Positions 9,971-21,000 of a stretch of DNA of 64,000 bases are shown here, piece after piece. The notes beneath the pieces are model-generated. The model was given only the letters and a program-made list of their open reading frames with translations, did not search any database and was not told the DNA's origin. The stretch is taken from contig CAWCFX010000004.1 in the NCBI GenBank assembly GCA_963795085.1, positions 431,738-495,737 on the forward strand, given 5' to 3'. Each line of letters starts with the position of its first letter. Position 1 is the stretch's first letter. The position numbers and the translations under genes were made by a program. This DNA comes from an uncultured Gemmatimonadales bacterium. Its GTDB lineage: Bacteria > Gemmatimonadota > Gemmatimonadetes > Gemmatimonadales > GWC2-71-9.

Positions 9971-10034
9971 AAGGAGTAGCGCCTTAGAGATCCTGACTGC
10001 CAGAATCATCTATTTGAGGAAGTGATACCACGCA

Positions 10035-12584
10035 ATGAGCGAACGAATGACCCTTCCGGTGCTCCCGCTGCGCGAGGTGGTGCTGTTTCCCGGCGTCACC
10101 GCGCCGATCGGCGCCGGCCGGCCCGCGACGCTCCGCGCGATCGAGGCCGCCCTGGCGAGCCCGGACAAGCTGATATTCGCTGTTTCCCAGCGGCAAAACG
10201 TGGAGGTCGTGAATCCCGAGGTGCTCTATACCATCGGGACCGTGGCGCGGATTGGCCAGATGCAGCGCGGCCTGGCCGGCATGCAGCTCCTGATCCACGG
10301 CGAGAAGCGCGGCATCGCCATGCACTACAGCGACAAGGACGGCTACCTCCAGACCATCGTGCGGGAAGCCGAAGAGATGCCGCCGCTCAACCTGGAAGAT
10401 CCTGCCTTCGTGGCCCTCTATCGCGAGGCCCGCAGCCGGGCCGGCGAGCTGGGCCAGAAATCCGGTCTCCCCGAAGAGGTGGTGCAGCAGGTCCTGGCCG
10501 GGGTCAACGAGCCCGGCAAGTTCGCCGACCTGATCGCCGGGTACATCGACATCACCCCCGCCCAGCGGCAGATGCTGCTGGAGACCCTCTCGGTCGAAGA
10601 GCGGCTCCGCCGGGTGCTGGTGCATGTGCAGCGGCAGATCAGCGTGCTGGACGCCCAGGAAGACATCAAGTCGCAGGTCCAGGAAGAGCTGGGCGAGCGG
10701 CAGCGGGAGATGTTCCTCCGGGAGCAGCTCAAGACCATCCGGCGGGAACTGGGCGAGGACGACGATCGCGACGACCTCGAGGAGCTCCGGACCAAGCTGA
10801 ACGACCTGGAACTGCCGGAAGCGGCCCGGAAGGAAGTGGACCGCGAGATGGGCCGGCTCTCCCGGATCGGCCGCGAGTCCATGGAGTCGCAGGTCATCCG
10901 CACCTTCCTCGAGAACATCGCGGAACTGCCCTGGAGCACCCGGAGCGATGAGCACCTGTCGATCCCCGAGGCCTCCCGCATCCTGGATGAGGATCACTAC
11001 GCTCTCGGTGACGTGAAAGACCGGGTGCTGGAGTTCCTCTCGGTGCGCCAGCTGCGGATGCAGCAGCAGAAGGACGAAGACGAGAAGGCGGCCGCCGAGG
11101 AGGCGAAGGCGGAGCAGAAGGAGGCTGAAATTGCCGCCGGCGAATCGACCGACACGCCGATCGCCACGGCCACGGTGCCGGCGCCCAACAAGCCGATCCC
11201 CGGTAATGAAGATGACAAGGCGGCCCGGGGCCCTATCCTGCTCTTCGTCGGTCCCCCCGGTGTCGGCAAGACTTCGGTGGCCAAGTCCATCGCCCGCGCC
11301 ATGGGCCGGAAGTACGTCCGCATCTCGCTGGGCGGTGCCCGCGACGAGGCCGATATCCGCGGCCACCGGCGTACCTACGTCGGCGCCATGCCCGGGCGGA
11401 TCATCGCCGGCATGAAGCAGGCCGGCACCAAGAATCCCGTCTTCCTGCTGGACGAGGTGGACAAGCTGGGCGTCTCCTTCCAGGGCGATCCGGCCAGCGC
11501 GCTGCTCGAGGTACTGGACCCGGCCCAGAACGACTCGTTCACCGACCACTACCTCGGCGTCCCGTTCGACCTGAGTGAAGTGCTCTTCATCTGCACCGCG
11601 AATTTCATCCAGAACATTCCGGGTCCGCTGCTGGACCGGATGGAAAACGTGGAGTTCGCCGGCTATACCGAACGGGAGAAGCTGCACATCGCCCGGAACT
11701 ACCTGGTCCCCCGCCAGTTCGCCGAGAACGGGGTCACCGCCGAGAACCTGGTGTTGACCGATGGGGCGATCAGCGAAGTGATCACGCGGTACACCCGCGA
11801 GGCTGGCGTCCGCCAGCTGGAGCGGGAACTGGGCAAGCTGGCCCGGAAGGTCGCCCGCAAGATCGCCGCGAAGGAGCTGGAACGCATCGAGGTTGACCGG
11901 GAGCAGGTGGACGATCTCCTGGGCCGGCCCCGGGTCCATCCCGAGGTCGCCTCCCGCGAGGACCAGGTGGGCGTCTCCACCGGGATGTACTACACCCCCA
12001 CGGGCGGCGACATCATGTTCGTCGAGGCCAGCACCATGCGCGGCAAGGGTGAACTGGTGCTGACTGGCCAGCTGGGCGAAGTCATGAAGGAATCCGCCCG
12101 GGCGGCGTGGACCTACGCGCGCTCCCACGCGGCTGGCCTGCACATCAAGGACGAGATGTTCGACCGGGACGTGCATATCCACGTGCCCGCCGGCGCGATC
12201 CCCAAGGAGGGCCCGTCCGCCGGCGTCGCGATGGCCTCGGCCCTGGTATCCGCGTTGTCGGGCCGGCCGGTGCGCCATGATATCGCCATGACCGGCGAGA
12301 TCACATTGCGCGGACGGGTGCTGCCCATCGGGGGAGTGAAGGAGAAAGTCCTGGGAGCGGTACGCGCCGGGATCCACCGGGTGCTGATCCCGAAGGACAA
12401 CGAGGCCGACCTGGAAGACCTCCCCCAGGAGGTCCTCGACAAGCTCGAGGTGCACCTGGTGCAGGAACTGGGCGAGGTGCTGGCCGTGACGCTCCGGGGC
12501 GCCTCGTTCAAGGAGGGCAAACTGCTCTTCGGCGACGAAAACCCGCGGGACGTGGCTCCCCTGTCCGTTGGGTTTCATCACTAG
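10035..12584 (+). CDS. lon: ATP-dependent protease La (Lon)
   Basis: LON N-domain LPVLPLREVVLFPG, Walker A GPPGVGKT, Walker B LLDEVDK, catalytic Ser in PKEGPSAG and Lys in IGGVKEK. Confidence 0.97.
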   Translation: MSERMTLPVLPLREVVLFPGVTAPIGAGRPATLRAIEAALASPDKLIFAVSQRQNVEVVNPEVLYTIGTVARIGQMQRGLAGMQLLIHGEKRGIAMHYSDKDGYLQTIVREAEEMPPLNLEDPAFVALYREARSRAGELGQKSGLPEEVVQQVLAGVNEPGKFADLIAGYIDITPAQRQMLLETLSVEERLRRVLVHVQRQISVLDAQEDIKSQVQEELGERQREMFLREQLKTIRRELGEDDDRDDLEELRTKLNDLELPEAARKEVDREMGRLSRIGRESMESQVIRTFLENIAELPWSTRSDEHLSIPEASRILDEDHYALGDVKDRVLEFLSVRQLRMQQQKDEDEKAAAEEAKAEQKEAEIAAGESTDTPIATATVPAPNKPIPGNEDDKAARGPILLFVGPPGVGKTSVAKSIARAMGRKYVRISLGGARDEADIRGHRRTYVGAMPGRIIAGMKQAGTKNPVFLLDEVDKLGVSFQGDPASALLEVLDPAQNDSFTDHYLGVPFDLSEVLFICTANFIQNIPGPLLDRMENVEFAGYTEREKLHIARNYLVPRQFAENGVTAENLVLTDGAISEVITRYTREAGVRQLERELGKLARKVARKIAAKELERIEVDREQVDDLLGRPRVHPEVASREDQVGVSTGMYYTPTGGDIMFVEASTMRGKGELVLTGQLGEVMKESARAAWTYARSHAAGLHIKDEMFDRDVHIHVPAGAIPKEGPSAGVAMASALVSALSGRPVRHDIAMTGEITLRGRVLPIGGVKEKVLGAVRAGIHRVLIPKDNEADLEDLPQEVLDKLEVHLVQELGEVLAVTLRGASFKEGKLLFGDENPRDVAPLSVGFHH

Positions 12585-12730
12585 AACAGGACGGTAAGGC
12601 CGGGCGGTAGAACAGGGCGGTAGAACAGGGCGGTAGAACAGGGCGGTAGAACAGGGCGGTAAGAAGAGGGCGGTAAAGCCGCCCTTTTCTTACCGCCCCT
12701 TCTCTACCAGCCCTGTTTTCTTACCGCTCC
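12582..12730. repeat. 13-bp tandem repeat (GGGCGGTAGAACA x4 perfect, 12602-12653) with degenerate flanking and inverted copies
   Basis: Read directly from sequence. Inverted TTACCGCCC-type copies lie at 12678-12730. Confidence 0.9.
12661..12691 (+). terminator. Probable intrinsic terminator of lon
   Basis: AAGAAGAGGGCGGT-AAA-GCCGCCCTTTTCTT hairpin with a T tract. Confidence 0.65.
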
Positions 12731-13040
12731 CTTGCTGCCGCTTCTTCAATGTCATCTCCATGAACCCGCTCCAGGCCGTGCCATCCCGGGACCATTCGCC
12801 GATCTCGTGCCGTTCGCCGTTGGGACGGTGGGTCACGATGTAGCGGACATGACCGCCCCGGGGGTGGGGAAAGCTCCAGGGTCGTGTTCCGGATCCGGTC
12901 GCCCAGGTCCCAGGCGCGGAGGTTCGGGGCGCAGGGGTGCTCATCGTAATGAATGCGGGAAGCCATCGGCGGGAAACGTAAGCAGTGGCTGGGAAGACGA
13001 AAAGCGGGGCCGAAGGCCCGGCCAGCGCGATGTCCCGCAC
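12690..13040 (-). pseudogene. Possible frameshifted remnant of a DUF1579-like beta-barrel protein
   Basis: Protein-like C-terminus GGHVRYIVT...HEIGEWSRDGTAWSGFMEMTLKK in one frame and RIHYDE..LRAWD in another. There is no convincing start. The family assignment is from memory only. Confidence 0.3.
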
Positions 13041-13087
13041 TGGCCGACCTCCGGTCCCGCTTCCGTCGGACGAACTCCCTGTTCCGG

Positions 13088-14539
13088 CTAGTTCAGCCGG
13101 TTGCCCGCTGCGTCATGCGTCTGCTGCCAGCCGCGCGGGATGCCCGACACCCGGCCCATGGGAACGATCGACGCCGGCAGGGGCAGCGTGTTGATCTTGG
13201 CCACGCCGGTCAGGACCTTGGTGTTGCTCAGGTCGTAGTACACCGCGAAATCATTGGGTCCCAGGATGATCTGCGACGAGCAGCCCATCCGTACGTCGGT
13301 CATGCCGGTGGTGACCTGGTGGGCCCGGAGCGAGGTGCCCGGCAGCGTATTGTAACCGCAGTCGATAAAGTCGCCCACGTTGGTCATCTGGGCGCCCATC
13401 TTGGTGAGGAAGTCGTTCTGCGCCGGGAACCCGCCGCCGTAGAAGCCGGAGTGTTCGCCGATGAAGATGATCCGGCCACCCTGGGAGGCGAACTGCTTCA
13501 TGGCGTTGATCTCGGGGACCGAGTAGAACACCGTCGGCAGCCAGAGCACCAGCACCTTGACGGTGCCCGCGATGGTAGAGAGGTCTCCGCTGTTGTCAAT
13601 CGTCATGCTGAGCCCCTCGCTCGCCACCTGGTTCGCGAACGTCGAGAAGCCGCCGCCACAGAAGGCGGCGCCACAGATGGACCCGTGGCCGCCATCCACC
13701 AGGACCTCGGTGCCGCTGGCCCGGGGGCCGGTGGCGGTATAGGTCAGCAGGTTGTGGAGCATGGTGACGTTGCTGGGATTGGTCATCGAGTTGTCATCCA
13801 GCATGTTGATATCGTTGTACACGATGACGTCTTCGCCCGCGGAGGGAATCGGGCTGATGGTCATGGACGAGCAATCCTGGTTCGCCGGGTCGGCGGTGAC
13901 CCGGGCGCAGACCTGGAAGGTCGCGGGACTGGGGACGCTACCGGGGGCGGTGTAGAACCCGGTGCCATCGATAGTGCCGTAGGTCGCATCGCCGCCGTCG
14001 GTGCCGTTGACCGACCAGGTGTAGGGGCCGGCCGCGCCGGAGACCACCCCGAACTGCTGCGTCCCGCCCGGCAACCGCTCGACCACATCGGGCTGGACGT
14101 CGATCGGATCGGGCGGCGGCGGGGTGGAGCTCCCGGTGATCCAGATGGTGACCCGGTGCTCCCGGCCGCCGCGCACCGCGACGGTCATGCTGTTGCTCGT
14201 CAGCAGTGTGACGGTAAAGGCGAGGGGCCCGCCTGCGCCAAGCAGGTCGTTATCGGCGACGACCTGGGTCCCGTTCAGCCAGACCCGGGCGTAAGTGGCC
14301 GCGTTGCCGTCGTCTTCGATGTTGAAGGTGTAGTCGCCGGGAGTGGCGGGGAAGGTGACCGTGTTGTTTTCGACTGCGCGGCGGACGAACACGGCGGGCC
14401 CGTACACGCAATCGGTACAGGGTGAGGGCGGGGCGAGCAATAATTCCCCACCCTGGGTCTCCGGTCCGGTGGGCACGGACTCGCTGCATGCCGCCAGCAT
14501 GACGGCGGCAGCCAGCATAAATCTGCTCAGACGCTTCAT
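13088..14539 (-). CDS. Surface lipoprotein with Ig-like domain(s) and a C-terminal alpha/beta domain
   Basis: GGAGG RBS, lipobox MLAAC, Ig-like TWSVNG...GTIDGTGFYTAP, and C-terminal AMKQFASQGGRIIFIGEH. Confidence 0.8.
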   Translation of the reverse strand: MKRLSRFMLAAAVMLAACSESVPTGPETQGGELLLAPPSPCTDCVYGPAVFVRRAVENNTVTFPATPGDYTFNIEDDGNAATYARVWLNGTQVVADNDLLGAGGPLAFTVTLLTSNSMTVAVRGGREHRVTIWITGSSTPPPPDPIDVQPDVVERLPGGTQQFGVVSGAAGPYTWSVNGTDGGDATYGTIDGTGFYTAPGSVPSPATFQVCARVTADPANQDCSSMTISPIPSAGEDVIVYNDINMLDDNSMTNPSNVTMLHNLLTYTATGPRASGTEVLVDGGHGSICGAAFCGGGFSTFANQVASEGLSMTIDNSGDLSTIAGTVKVLVLWLPTVFYSVPEINAMKQFASQGGRIIFIGEHSGFYGGGFPAQNDFLTKMGAQMTNVGDFIDCGYNTLPGTSLRAHQVTTGMTDVRMGCSSQIILGPNDFAVYYDLSNTKVLTGVAKINTLPLPASIVPMGRVSGIPRGWQQTHDAAGNRLN

Positions 14540-15067
14540 ACCCAACCTCCATGAAGGAAACCTGTCCGCCCCGGAGCCGCCTTCCAGGGGTAGAAGGCGG
14601 CAGCAGCGGACAACGATCAATCCGGAAGGCACCTCCACCCGGGAGGGCACGACCGGAAGGACAGTCTGACTTGTAGGATGATGAGACCGTTGATCCTATG
14701 GCACTGATGGGGCGGGTGCAAGAAACGGACTGTGCCGATGGTCTGGGTATCCGCGCAGAAATCTGACAGCCGGTGCGGGGAGTGCCGAGCGTACCCCGCC
14801 GCTCTCAGAAACGAGAGAGGCGCAAGGGCTTAGGCCAATCCACGCACGGCAGTCTGAACCCACCGGTCCGATACAATAAGTTGACGACATCACCCATGTC
14901 ACCGGCCCCCAGTCTGTTGTTTTGACTCCCCACCCCGTGAGGTACCCGCGCGGCAAGCGTTATCAGGATTTGCCTGCAACCTTCATTCTTCTCCCCGGCC
15001 GGCGGCAAAAACTGCCGGAGAGCCACGTTGGACAGGGGATATGATGAAGATTTCCTCATCCGGGCAG

Positions 15068-18000
15068 TCATCCGCCCGCCGGGCGAATGACCACCTTGTG
15101 GCGGGCTCCGTCATCCACCAATCGAATGGCAGGTCCGTCAATCGCGCGGCCATCCACCGTGATGGTTTTGGCGTTCGCCGTCAGGAGCCCAGGGTCCTGG
15201 ACCAGGATCTCCCAGCGGCTCCCTCCGAACTGGTATTCAAGGCTGAACTCGGGCCACGAAGCCGGGACGCAGGGGCGCATCTCCAGCAGGTTCCCGCGCA
15301 AGGTGAATCCGAGGATCGCCTCCAACCCCACCCGGTACATCCAACTGGCGGAGCCGGTGTACCAGGTCCATCCTCCGCGCCCTACGTGGCCCCGCGCGGT
15401 GTACACGTCGGCCGCGACGACATAGGGCTCCACCTTGTACCGCTCCACGGCCTCCCGGGAATCACCGTGAGTCAGCGGGTTGAGGAGCTGGAAAAGATCG
15501 AATGCCTGCCCGGTGTCTCCCTGGGTTGCCCGGGCCAACACCGCCCAGAGCGCGGCGTGGGTGTATTGCGCCCCGTTCTCCCGCACGCCCGGCAGGTATC
15601 CCTTGATGTATCCGGGGTCCTTGGTGGTCTTGTCGAACGGAGGCGTGAGCAACCGGACCAGCCGGGCCTCCCGGTCCACCAGGTGCGCTTCAAGCGACTG
15701 CATGGCCTGGACCTGGCGTTCAGGCTTGCCGGCCCCGGAGATGACGCTCCAGCTCTGGGCGATCGAGTCGATGTTGCACTCGTTGCTCAGGTGGGAGCCA
15801 AGCGGGGACCCATCGTCGAAGTAAGCCCGCCGATACCACGCCCCGTCCCACGCTTCGGCCTCGACCGCCGCCGTGTAGGCGTCCGCCTGGGCCCGCAGCC
15901 CGGCGGCCGTCGCGGCCTCGCCGCGAGCCTCTGCCCGCCCGGCGAAGTCGCGCAACACGGTGACCAGGAACCAGGCGAGCCACACGCTCTCGCCCTTTCC
16001 TTCGATCCCGACCCGGTTCATTCCGTCATTCCAGTCGCCGATGCCGATCAGCGGCAGCCCGTGCACCCCGGCGGTGGCGCCCCGGCGGATCGCGCGGAGA
16101 CAGTGCTCGAACAGGGTACCCGTTTCGCCGGATGCCGAGGGGAGGTCGTAGACTTCGTGTTCGTGGGGTTCCAGTTCCCGCATCGCGAGGAAGGAGATGG
16201 ATTCGTCGAGGATCGCATCGTCTCCCGTCACCCGGATATACTGGTCCACCACATAGGGGAGCCAGAGCAAATCATCCGAGAACCGGGTGCGGACGCCACG
16301 GCCGCTTTCCGGGTGCCACCAGTGCTGCACGTCCCCTTCCACGAACTGGCGGCTGGCGGCACGCAGGATGTGTTCCCTCGCGACCCCCGGCTCCGCGTAC
16401 ACGAACGCGAGCACGTCCTGCAACTGGTCCCGGAACCCGTAGGCTCCGCTGCTCTGGTAGAGCGCGGAACGGCCCCACATCCGGCAGGCCAGGGCCTGGT
16501 AGAGCAGCCAGTGATTGATCATGGCGTCAAAGGATGGCTCCGGGGTCCGCACCGTGATGACGGAAAGCCGGCGTACCCAGCCCAGGGCGGTGGACCGGGC
16601 GGCCTCCGCGGCCGTCTCCCGGTAGTGCCGTACCATGCGGACAGCCTCGTCCCGACCGGCGGCGGCCCCGAGTAGTACAGTGACCTCCCGGGTCTCGCCG
16701 GGCTGGAGGTGGACCACGCACTGCAGGGCGGCGCAGGGGTCTATGCCGGCGCCGGTGGTGCCGGAAAGCCCGCCCGCCCCGCGCAGCCCGGCTGGGTCGG
16801 CGGCCGAGCCGTTGCGCCCGAGGAACTCCCGCCGGTCACCGGTGAAGCCGGTGACCGACTGAGTCAGGGCGCAGAACGCGACCATGTCCTGAAACTGGGG
16901 ATTGAAATAGTTCCGGGCCAGCATCGCATCCAGCGCGGGATCGAATTCGGTCTGTACCTGGTGCCGGGTATGTTCGCGCTGGCTCCCCAGCGTCCACTCC
17001 ACGTAGGCGGTGAGCGCCAGCGTCCGGGGCCGGGTGTCCCGGTTGGTCAGGCTGAGCACCGACAGCTTGACCATGGCATCATCGGCCACGGTCAGCGTCA
17101 GCCGGGTGGCGATGCCCCGGTGTTCCTGCTCGAAGGTGGTGACACCCTGTCCGTGCCGCACGACGGCGGGGATGCCATGGGGAATCGGTGCCGGGGTGGG
17201 GCACCAGAGCTCGTCCGACTCGACGTCGCGCAGGTAGATGACCTCACCCGGCGGATCCGACACCGGGTCGTTGCTCCACGGTGAGAGGCGGTAGAAATAG
17301 CTGTTACGGGCCCAGCTGCATCCGCCGCCCCGCTCGGACACCAGGAAACCGCCATGCTGGTTGGCGATGACATTGATCCAGGGTGCCGGCGGCACATGGT
17401 CGCCGTGCACGCGGATCTCGTATTGTCCGTCCGGCAGTTGCCCGCCGAACCCATTGGGGAAGGCGAGCGCGGGGTCCCCGGGCGGACGGATGGCCCCTGG
17501 TGCATTGGTGCGCCGGGGCGCAGTGCCGGCGGGTGGCGGTCCGCCCGGGCCGGCGTCGGCCTCCGACCAGTTGCGCCACAGGGCGCGCGCCACCGCCGTG
17601 GCGGTGGCCAGCCCGGGAACCCGGGGCAGCGGGTGGTCGTCCGACTCGAGCCCGGTCTCCTCCTCATCCAACTGGCCCTCGAGGATCCGGCCCAGCGGTC
17701 TGCCATCGCAATGCAGGTGAATACGGGCCGTGGCTCGGAGCATCAGCAGTTCTTCCGGTCCCAGCGTCTCCGTCTTCCTGACGAACACGCCGCCGGGCCG
17801 GTCGGCCATGGCCAGGTCGCCGGCCCCCACGAGCGCCCCGGTGATCCGGTCGCCCAGTTCCTGGTGATAACCCGACTCCTCGGAGTTAAGCACCACCAGG
17901 TCCACCGTCATGCCGCGCCGGCGCCAGTACCGGTGCGCCATGATCGCCTGCCGGAGCGTGGGCAGCCCGTCGGCGGCGGAGATCATGGCCAGCATGATCG

Positions 18001-21000
18001 GCCAGTCGCCGGAAATACCGCACGACCAGAGCAGCGGTTGGGATCCCCGGTTCTGAAGCAGCTCGGCCTGGGGCGCCCGCAGCCGCCGGTGCCCGTGGAA
18101 GAGATAGCCGGCGACATCCTGAAACACGCCCGCTTCGGCTGGGGTGATGCCGAGTTCCCGCAGTTCGACCTGGGCCGCAGTCCACGCCAGGTTCAGGGCC
18201 CGCTGGGCGGCATGGGGGCCGTGATACCGGCCGGCCAGCTCGAACACCTGTTCCCGGGTGGTGGCCACCAGGGTGGTAAACGCGACCGAGGCCGACTGCC
18301 CCGGCGCGAGCCGCACCCTGGTACGAATCGCGAAGATTGGGTCGAGCACCGCGCCGGTGTGTCCCGGCAGCCCGCCGTCCCGCTCCATAGCCAGCGGGTC
18401 CTGGGTGGTCCGCCCCCTGCCGATGAAGTCGACTCGGCTGGTTTCGCAGGTGACCGGGGCGATCCGTTCCGGGCCGGTATCGACGACGTGGGCGCACCAG
18501 ACGACTGGTTCGGTCGCGGACCGGGGCCGCCGGGAGGCGGTGATCGCGGTACACCACTCGTGCCATTCCGTCTCGATGAACAGGTTGCTGAAGGCGGGGT
18601 GGGAGCGATCGGTGTCGGGCGGCGCCAGCACGATCTCGCTGTAGCTGGTCAGCTCGATGTCCCGCTCCTCATTGCTGTTGTTGGTCACGGTGACGCGCCG
18701 GACCTCCGCCGAGTCGGCCGGGACCACGGTGATCTCGGTCCGGGTGCTAACCGGACCGTCGGTGCGGTCAAAGACCACCCGGTCGGTGGAAAGGAACGCG
18801 TGGTAGCTGTCGGCCGGCGTCCGGAGCGGCTGGTGGGCCGCGGACCACGCGCGACCGGTCCCGAGGTCTTTCAGGTAGCAGAACTGGCCGGTATCGTCCC
18901 GGGTGCCGTCTGCCCGCCAGCGGGTAACCGCCAGGTTCTCGTACCGGCTGTACCCGGCTCCGGCGTGGGTCACCATGATAGTGTAGGGCTGGTTGCCAAG
19001 GAGGGCGGCCCGGGGCGCATCGGTATCGGGTGTGTCGATTACCCGCACCGCGGCCCGCTCCAGCTCGGGGTCGGGCAGCGATTCGTCCGCCCGCGCGGTC
19101 TGTACCGGCTGGAGCACCAGCCGCCGGGGAATCCGCTCGTGGAGGAGCAGTTCGGCGGAGCGGACCAGCGGATCGGTGTGAAAACGCCGCTGCCAGACCT
19201 CCGCGGTCAGCGCGTTGGTCAGGGCGACCAGCGTCATCCCTTCGTGGTGCGCCATGTACAGGCGCACCACCGCCCAGCGCTGTCCGGGATCGGGCCGGGT
19301 GTAGTCGAGGGCATCGCGGAAGCCATAGGGACCCAGTGCGCCCTTGCGTTCCAGGGTCTTGAGATTGGCCAGCGCCCGCGAGGCGTCAATCATGACCGCG
19401 AGACCGGACGCGTAGGGGGCGACCACCAGGTCCCGGCCCAGCCCGCGCTTGAGCGCCAGGTCGGGGACGCCGAAGGCGCGGTACTGGTACGTCAGGTGGC
19501 GGTCGCGGATGTTGTACGCGCTTTCACTCACACCCCAGGGCACGTCCCGCTCGGCGCCGTAGGCGATATGCCGTTCCAGCGCCGCCCGGTAGGTCTGGTC
19601 CAGGACCGTGAAGGGAAACGACTGCATCACCAGCTGGGGCATGAGATATTCGAACATGCTCCCGCTCCAGCTGACCAGGGCGGTCTGGCCGCCGGCTCGG
19701 GTGAGGGTGCGGCCCAGCCGGAACCAGTGGTCCACGGGGACATCGTTCTTGGCGATCGCGACGAAACTGGCGAGCCGCGCCTCGGAGGCCAGCAGGTCGT
19801 AATAGGAAGGATCCAGCGCGTGGCTGGCCTGCTGGTAGCCGATCGCGAAGAGCTTGCGTTTGTCGTCGAAGAGAAACCGGAAATCCATCTCTTCCACCAT
19901 TCGGCTGGCTCGGCCGGCCAGCGCCTGCAGCCGGCGAACCACGGCGGTGCCGCCGCTTCCTTCCTCCTCGATAGTCCGCCAACTGTCGAAGACGACCGTG
20001 GCTTCGCTTTCCCGGCGGGGGACCAGCCGGGTGGGCAGCTCGCCGATCCGGCTGCGGTGCTGGGCGACGAGGCCGCGGCACCAGTCGATCCAGCCTTTGG
20101 CGGCCGCGTCTTCGTTGCCCGCCGGGCCGGTGCCGGCCAACTCGTCCCGCGCGGCGTCCAGGGCATCGGCCAGCCGGTCAAGGATGGGCACCGGCGGGTC
20201 CGCCGGCGAGGCCGCCTCGAGGATCCCGCGGGCCTGGAGGACGTGGACCTGTGCGGCGGGACTGGATTGCCGCTCGGTGCCGACCGCATCTCCCCCGGGA
20301 TGTTCCAGGAGTTCCCGCGCGAGATCGAGGCCGGTCTGGAGCGCGCGCCAGACGCGCATGTCGAACACCGGGTCGTCGGCCACCGCGAGACACGCCTGCC
20401 GGATTGCCAGCAGGTGGCCGGCCAGGTTGCCGCTGTCCACGGTGGAGATGTAGCCTGGCTCCAGCACCCGGAGGTCAGCGAGATCATACCAGTTGTAGAA
20501 ATGTCCGCGGAACCGGTGCATCCGCTCCATGGACGCGAACGCCAGCTCCAGGCGCTCGAGCATGGATTCCATGGTGATGAGCCGGAGGTCGTAGGCGCTG
20601 ATGACGGAGAGCAACTGCAGCCCCATGTTGGTGGGCGAGGTGCGCAGGGTGACGACCGGCGCCGGGTGTTCCTGGAAATTGTCGGGCACCAGCCAGTTCG
20701 ACTCCGCGGTCACGAACCGGTCGAAATAGTGCCAGTGCAGCAGCGCGTACCGAAGCGCCTGAGTCTGTTCCCGGCGATCCAGTCTCCGTTCCCAGCGGTA
20801 GACCGGGGTGTTGAGTCCCCGGGCGACCAGCGGTGACGCCAGCCAGAGCGCCGCAAGGGGGAGCAGGGATGCCAGCAGGACCGGAAGAGTGTCGGCCCGC
20901 CACCGGTGCGTTTCCGCCTCGATGGCCAGGCCCGCAAGGGCCAGGGCGACCGCGATGGATGGGACCATCGTGAGCCAGGCCCGGCGGCCCGGCGCGGCGC

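Noticed and set aside
12602-12660. CRISPR array
   Set aside because: The 13-bp units are contiguous with no spacers, and no cas genes are present.
9899-14832. 11-bp TAAGCCCTTGC at 9899 and its reverse complement at 14822 as ends of an invertible or mobile segment
   Set aside because: The match is too short, with no target duplication or recombinase. It is more likely a recurrent intergenic motif or chance.
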